A stretch of DNA of 50,016 nt from Octopus bimaculoides (Eukaryota), in the NCBI RefSeq assembly GCF_001194135.2, contig NC_068981.1, forward strand, positions 101,056,942 through 101,106,957. The letters run 5' to 3'. Each line of letters begins with the position of its first letter. The stretch's first letter is position 1. This document shows positions 47,321 to 50,016 of the stretch, piece after piece. Under the pieces are notes generated by a model, which saw only the letters and a program-made list of their open reading frames with translations, was not told the DNA's origin and did no database searches. A program made the position numbers and the translations under genes.

Positions 47321-47959
47321 TTAATTGTTACCCTTAATTTTTCGTTCCCAGTAGAATGAGGCGAAAGTAGAAGAAAAAAAGAAAAAGAAGTAAAAACGAA
47401 ACGAGTAGATGGATACTTATGAAAAGTTAGTTAGGCACTTTAGCCATTGGGCAATTTTGCCACCGCGTCGGAAACTAGATTATAAACAGAAAATTACACG
47501 CAGAGTCAGATGGAAACTTATCAGCACAGAGGATATACGTAAGGAAAAAACAAAATAAAACATCTTTATTTTTTATTTATTTCTACTGTTGCCTCTCATT
47601 TATTAGGTTCAGTTCAGTGGTGTGCAAATTATTTCTATTTTCTTCTTCTCTCTCTCCTCACACATATCATCACCGCTTACTCACAGCCAAAAAATATACA
47701 TCATATGATTCTCAGCGAGAGCACTTCGTGTAATCGAGGTGCAATGTGTGTTAAGTAAAACAAACAAAACTCGCAAACCGAAACATAAGTTGGCACAGTT
47801 TCGTTGTTTAGAATACTTGCTAATTTTTGTCTAATCCTTTACTAATGACTGCAAGTGTAAGAATTTCAGCTGGTCTAGACTTGTTGAACGTCGAAATTGT
47901 TTAATATGTATGATATTTCATTTACAAAAGTCTGCGGTTAGAAACGAGGGAAATACATT

Positions 47960-48366
47960 TTTCTCCTAATTCATTCATTCATTCTTTCAATTTTCCTCAT
48001 CTTTCCTTCTTTCTTTCTTCATTTTCTCCTCCTTCACTTCCTTCCTTCTTTTCTTGGCTTCTTCCCATAATTCCTTAATTCCTCAATTGCACCTTTATTA
48101 TTTCCTTCCACCTTTCTTTTTCTTACTTATTCCGTCTCCTCCTCTTTCTCCCCCTCGCTTCTTCCTTCATCTAGTCTTTTTGCTTTTCTTCTTTTATTCC
48201 TTATTTACTCATTCGTCTCCGTTGTTTTCTATCTCACTTCTTTTCTTACTCTGTCATTCCTTTTCCGTTTCATTTTCCTTTGTACACTTTCATTTTTTCC
48301 TTCCTTCTTCTCCTCTAGACCCTTTTGTTTCTTTCATCTATTTATTCATTTATCCATCCTTCCTCT

Positions 48367-48444
<78 letters not shown>

Positions 48445-48760
48445 AATCTTCGACCATGCTCTATTCTATTCTTAATTCCCTTCATTTGTCTTTCATTTTA
48501 TTCCTACCTTTTTCTTCTGTTCTTCCTACTACCCTTTTCCTATCCCTCATTCTTGTTTCTTCCCTCCTCCTCTCTATTTTTCATTCATTCTTTCTCCCTT
48601 TCTTTCCTTTATTCTTTCCATTATTCTTTCCTTTATTTTTTAATCCCTTTCCCTCCATTACTTCTTCCTTTCTTTCCTCCTATCCATCCGTCCATCTATC
48701 CATCCATCTCTAACTCAATTACTTCCCTCTACACCACACCTACAATTACCTGAACCTTAC
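47960..48760. repeat. About 800-bp pyrimidine-rich low-complexity tract with (CT)n core
   Basis: Visible directly; ORFs 48054 and 48325 are products of it. Confidence 0.9.
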
Positions 48761-49065
48761 CCTATCACTTTCAACGTTCCAAATTCTTCACATCGCCTCG
48801 TGTATGTTTTTTCGTTCTATGTTTTGTTTCCGCTCGATATATATTCAACATGCAAACGATCATTTGAACTCTACGCTGGCTTCCAATATTAACATTGTAT
48901 GAGTGTGTATGCATGTGTGTGTGTGTGCGTATGCGTTCATGTTGATTTTATGTGTTGCTTATGACTGTGTGTGAGTATGTGGGTTCGCACATGTATGTGT
49001 TTGTTTACTTGTCTGTCTCTGTGTGTGTGCGCGTGTGTGTGTGCGTGTGTGTGTGTATGTGTGTG

Positions 49066-49390
49066 TGTGAGTCCATGCCTATGCTTGTGTTACCTATGGC
49101 TCTGTATGACTGAGTATGTATGTTCGTGTGTTCGCGCGTGTGTGTATGTATGTTTGTGCGTGTTTGTGTGTGTGTGAGTGTGTGTGTGTGTGTGTATGTG
49201 TATGTGTGTGTGTGTGTGAGTGAGTGTGTGAGTCCATGCGTATGCTTGTGTTACCTATGGCTCTGTATGAGTGAGTATGTATGTTCGTGTGTTCGCGTGT
49301 GTGTGTATGTGTGTTTGTGCGTGTTTGTGTGTGTGAGTGTGTGTGTATGTGTGTGTGTGTGCATGCGCTTTCATGCGTGTGCCTACGACC
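49066..49390. repeat. Tandem duplication with 161-bp period inside a (TG)-rich tract
   Basis: GTCCATGC.TATGCTTGTGTTACCTATGGCTCTGTATGA at 49071 and 49232. Confidence 0.85.
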
Positions 49391-49983
49391 GTGTGTTAGT
49401 GTGTGTATGTGTGTTTGTGTTTGTGTATTTGCGCATTTGTTAGTGTCAGAGTGTGTACGCGCGCGTGCGTTTATGTGTGCGTGTATGTTTGTGTGTGTGG
49501 TGTGTGTTTATGCGTGCGTGTAAATATTGCATGTGTCTACTGTGAGTATGTGAGACATCATCCGGATAAATTTTTTACCGACGTTCCATACCAAACCCTG
49601 ACTATACCAGACCAGTTATATTCAATGGGTTGTAATGAAGAGCGTAGAACGCCCCCAACTCACCAATACTACTGTTACTACTCCTGTATGTGTGTGTGTG
49701 CGTGTGGGCGTGCGCGCACGCGTATGTGAGTGTGTGCGAGAGAGAGAGACAGACAGAGAGACAGACAGACAGACAGACAGAAATGCGCATTTGGACCTAA
49801 AAATTAGAGAAACAAGTGTTCGATATTTGTAATAGGGCAGTAAGGTAGCCAGTAAGGTGGCGTCATTTGAAGGCAAAAACAATGCAAAACGCATTGTGAC
49901 CATAGATGTGTAACAATATCAGATCACGTGATATATGTACATATACATATATATATATATGAATGTATGTATGTGTATGTATA

Positions 49984-50016
<33 letters not shown>

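Overview
Eukaryotic, AT-rich, microsatellite-saturated genomic DNA with 14 assembly gaps (about 5 kb of N). Nearly all long ORFs in the track are artefacts of N runs or simple repeats. No intact protein-coding gene, rRNA, true tRNA or CRISPR array is supported. The SINE sequences and repeat landscape resemble octopus/coleoid cephalopod DNA; this is inference from recall, not a database result. The window is a transposon graveyard: at least five SINE-like families, a TIR-complete but frameshifted mariner, Merlin, pogo/Tigger and hAT DNA-transposon relics, a probable non-autonomous Helitron, R4-clade, RTE and CR1-type LINE fragments, and two Penelope-like (RT/GIY-YIG) retroelements. The most interesting signal is a set of minimal type I hammerhead-ribozyme motifs tied to Penelope-like pseudo-LTRs. 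One has a canonical core, and others carry recurring non-canonical cores (CUGUYGA-A and CCGAUGA) with preserved stems. Two 89-bp palindromes also occur, one clearly and one loosely built from back-to-back hammerhead-like cores. Also notable: a 45/90-bp higher-order satellite whose monomer sits beside a Merlin transposase, modular SINEs with a shared AATAT junction motif, and one candidate 144-nt host exon on the minus strand. All alignments and folds were done by eye; boundaries without TSD or TIR support are approximate.
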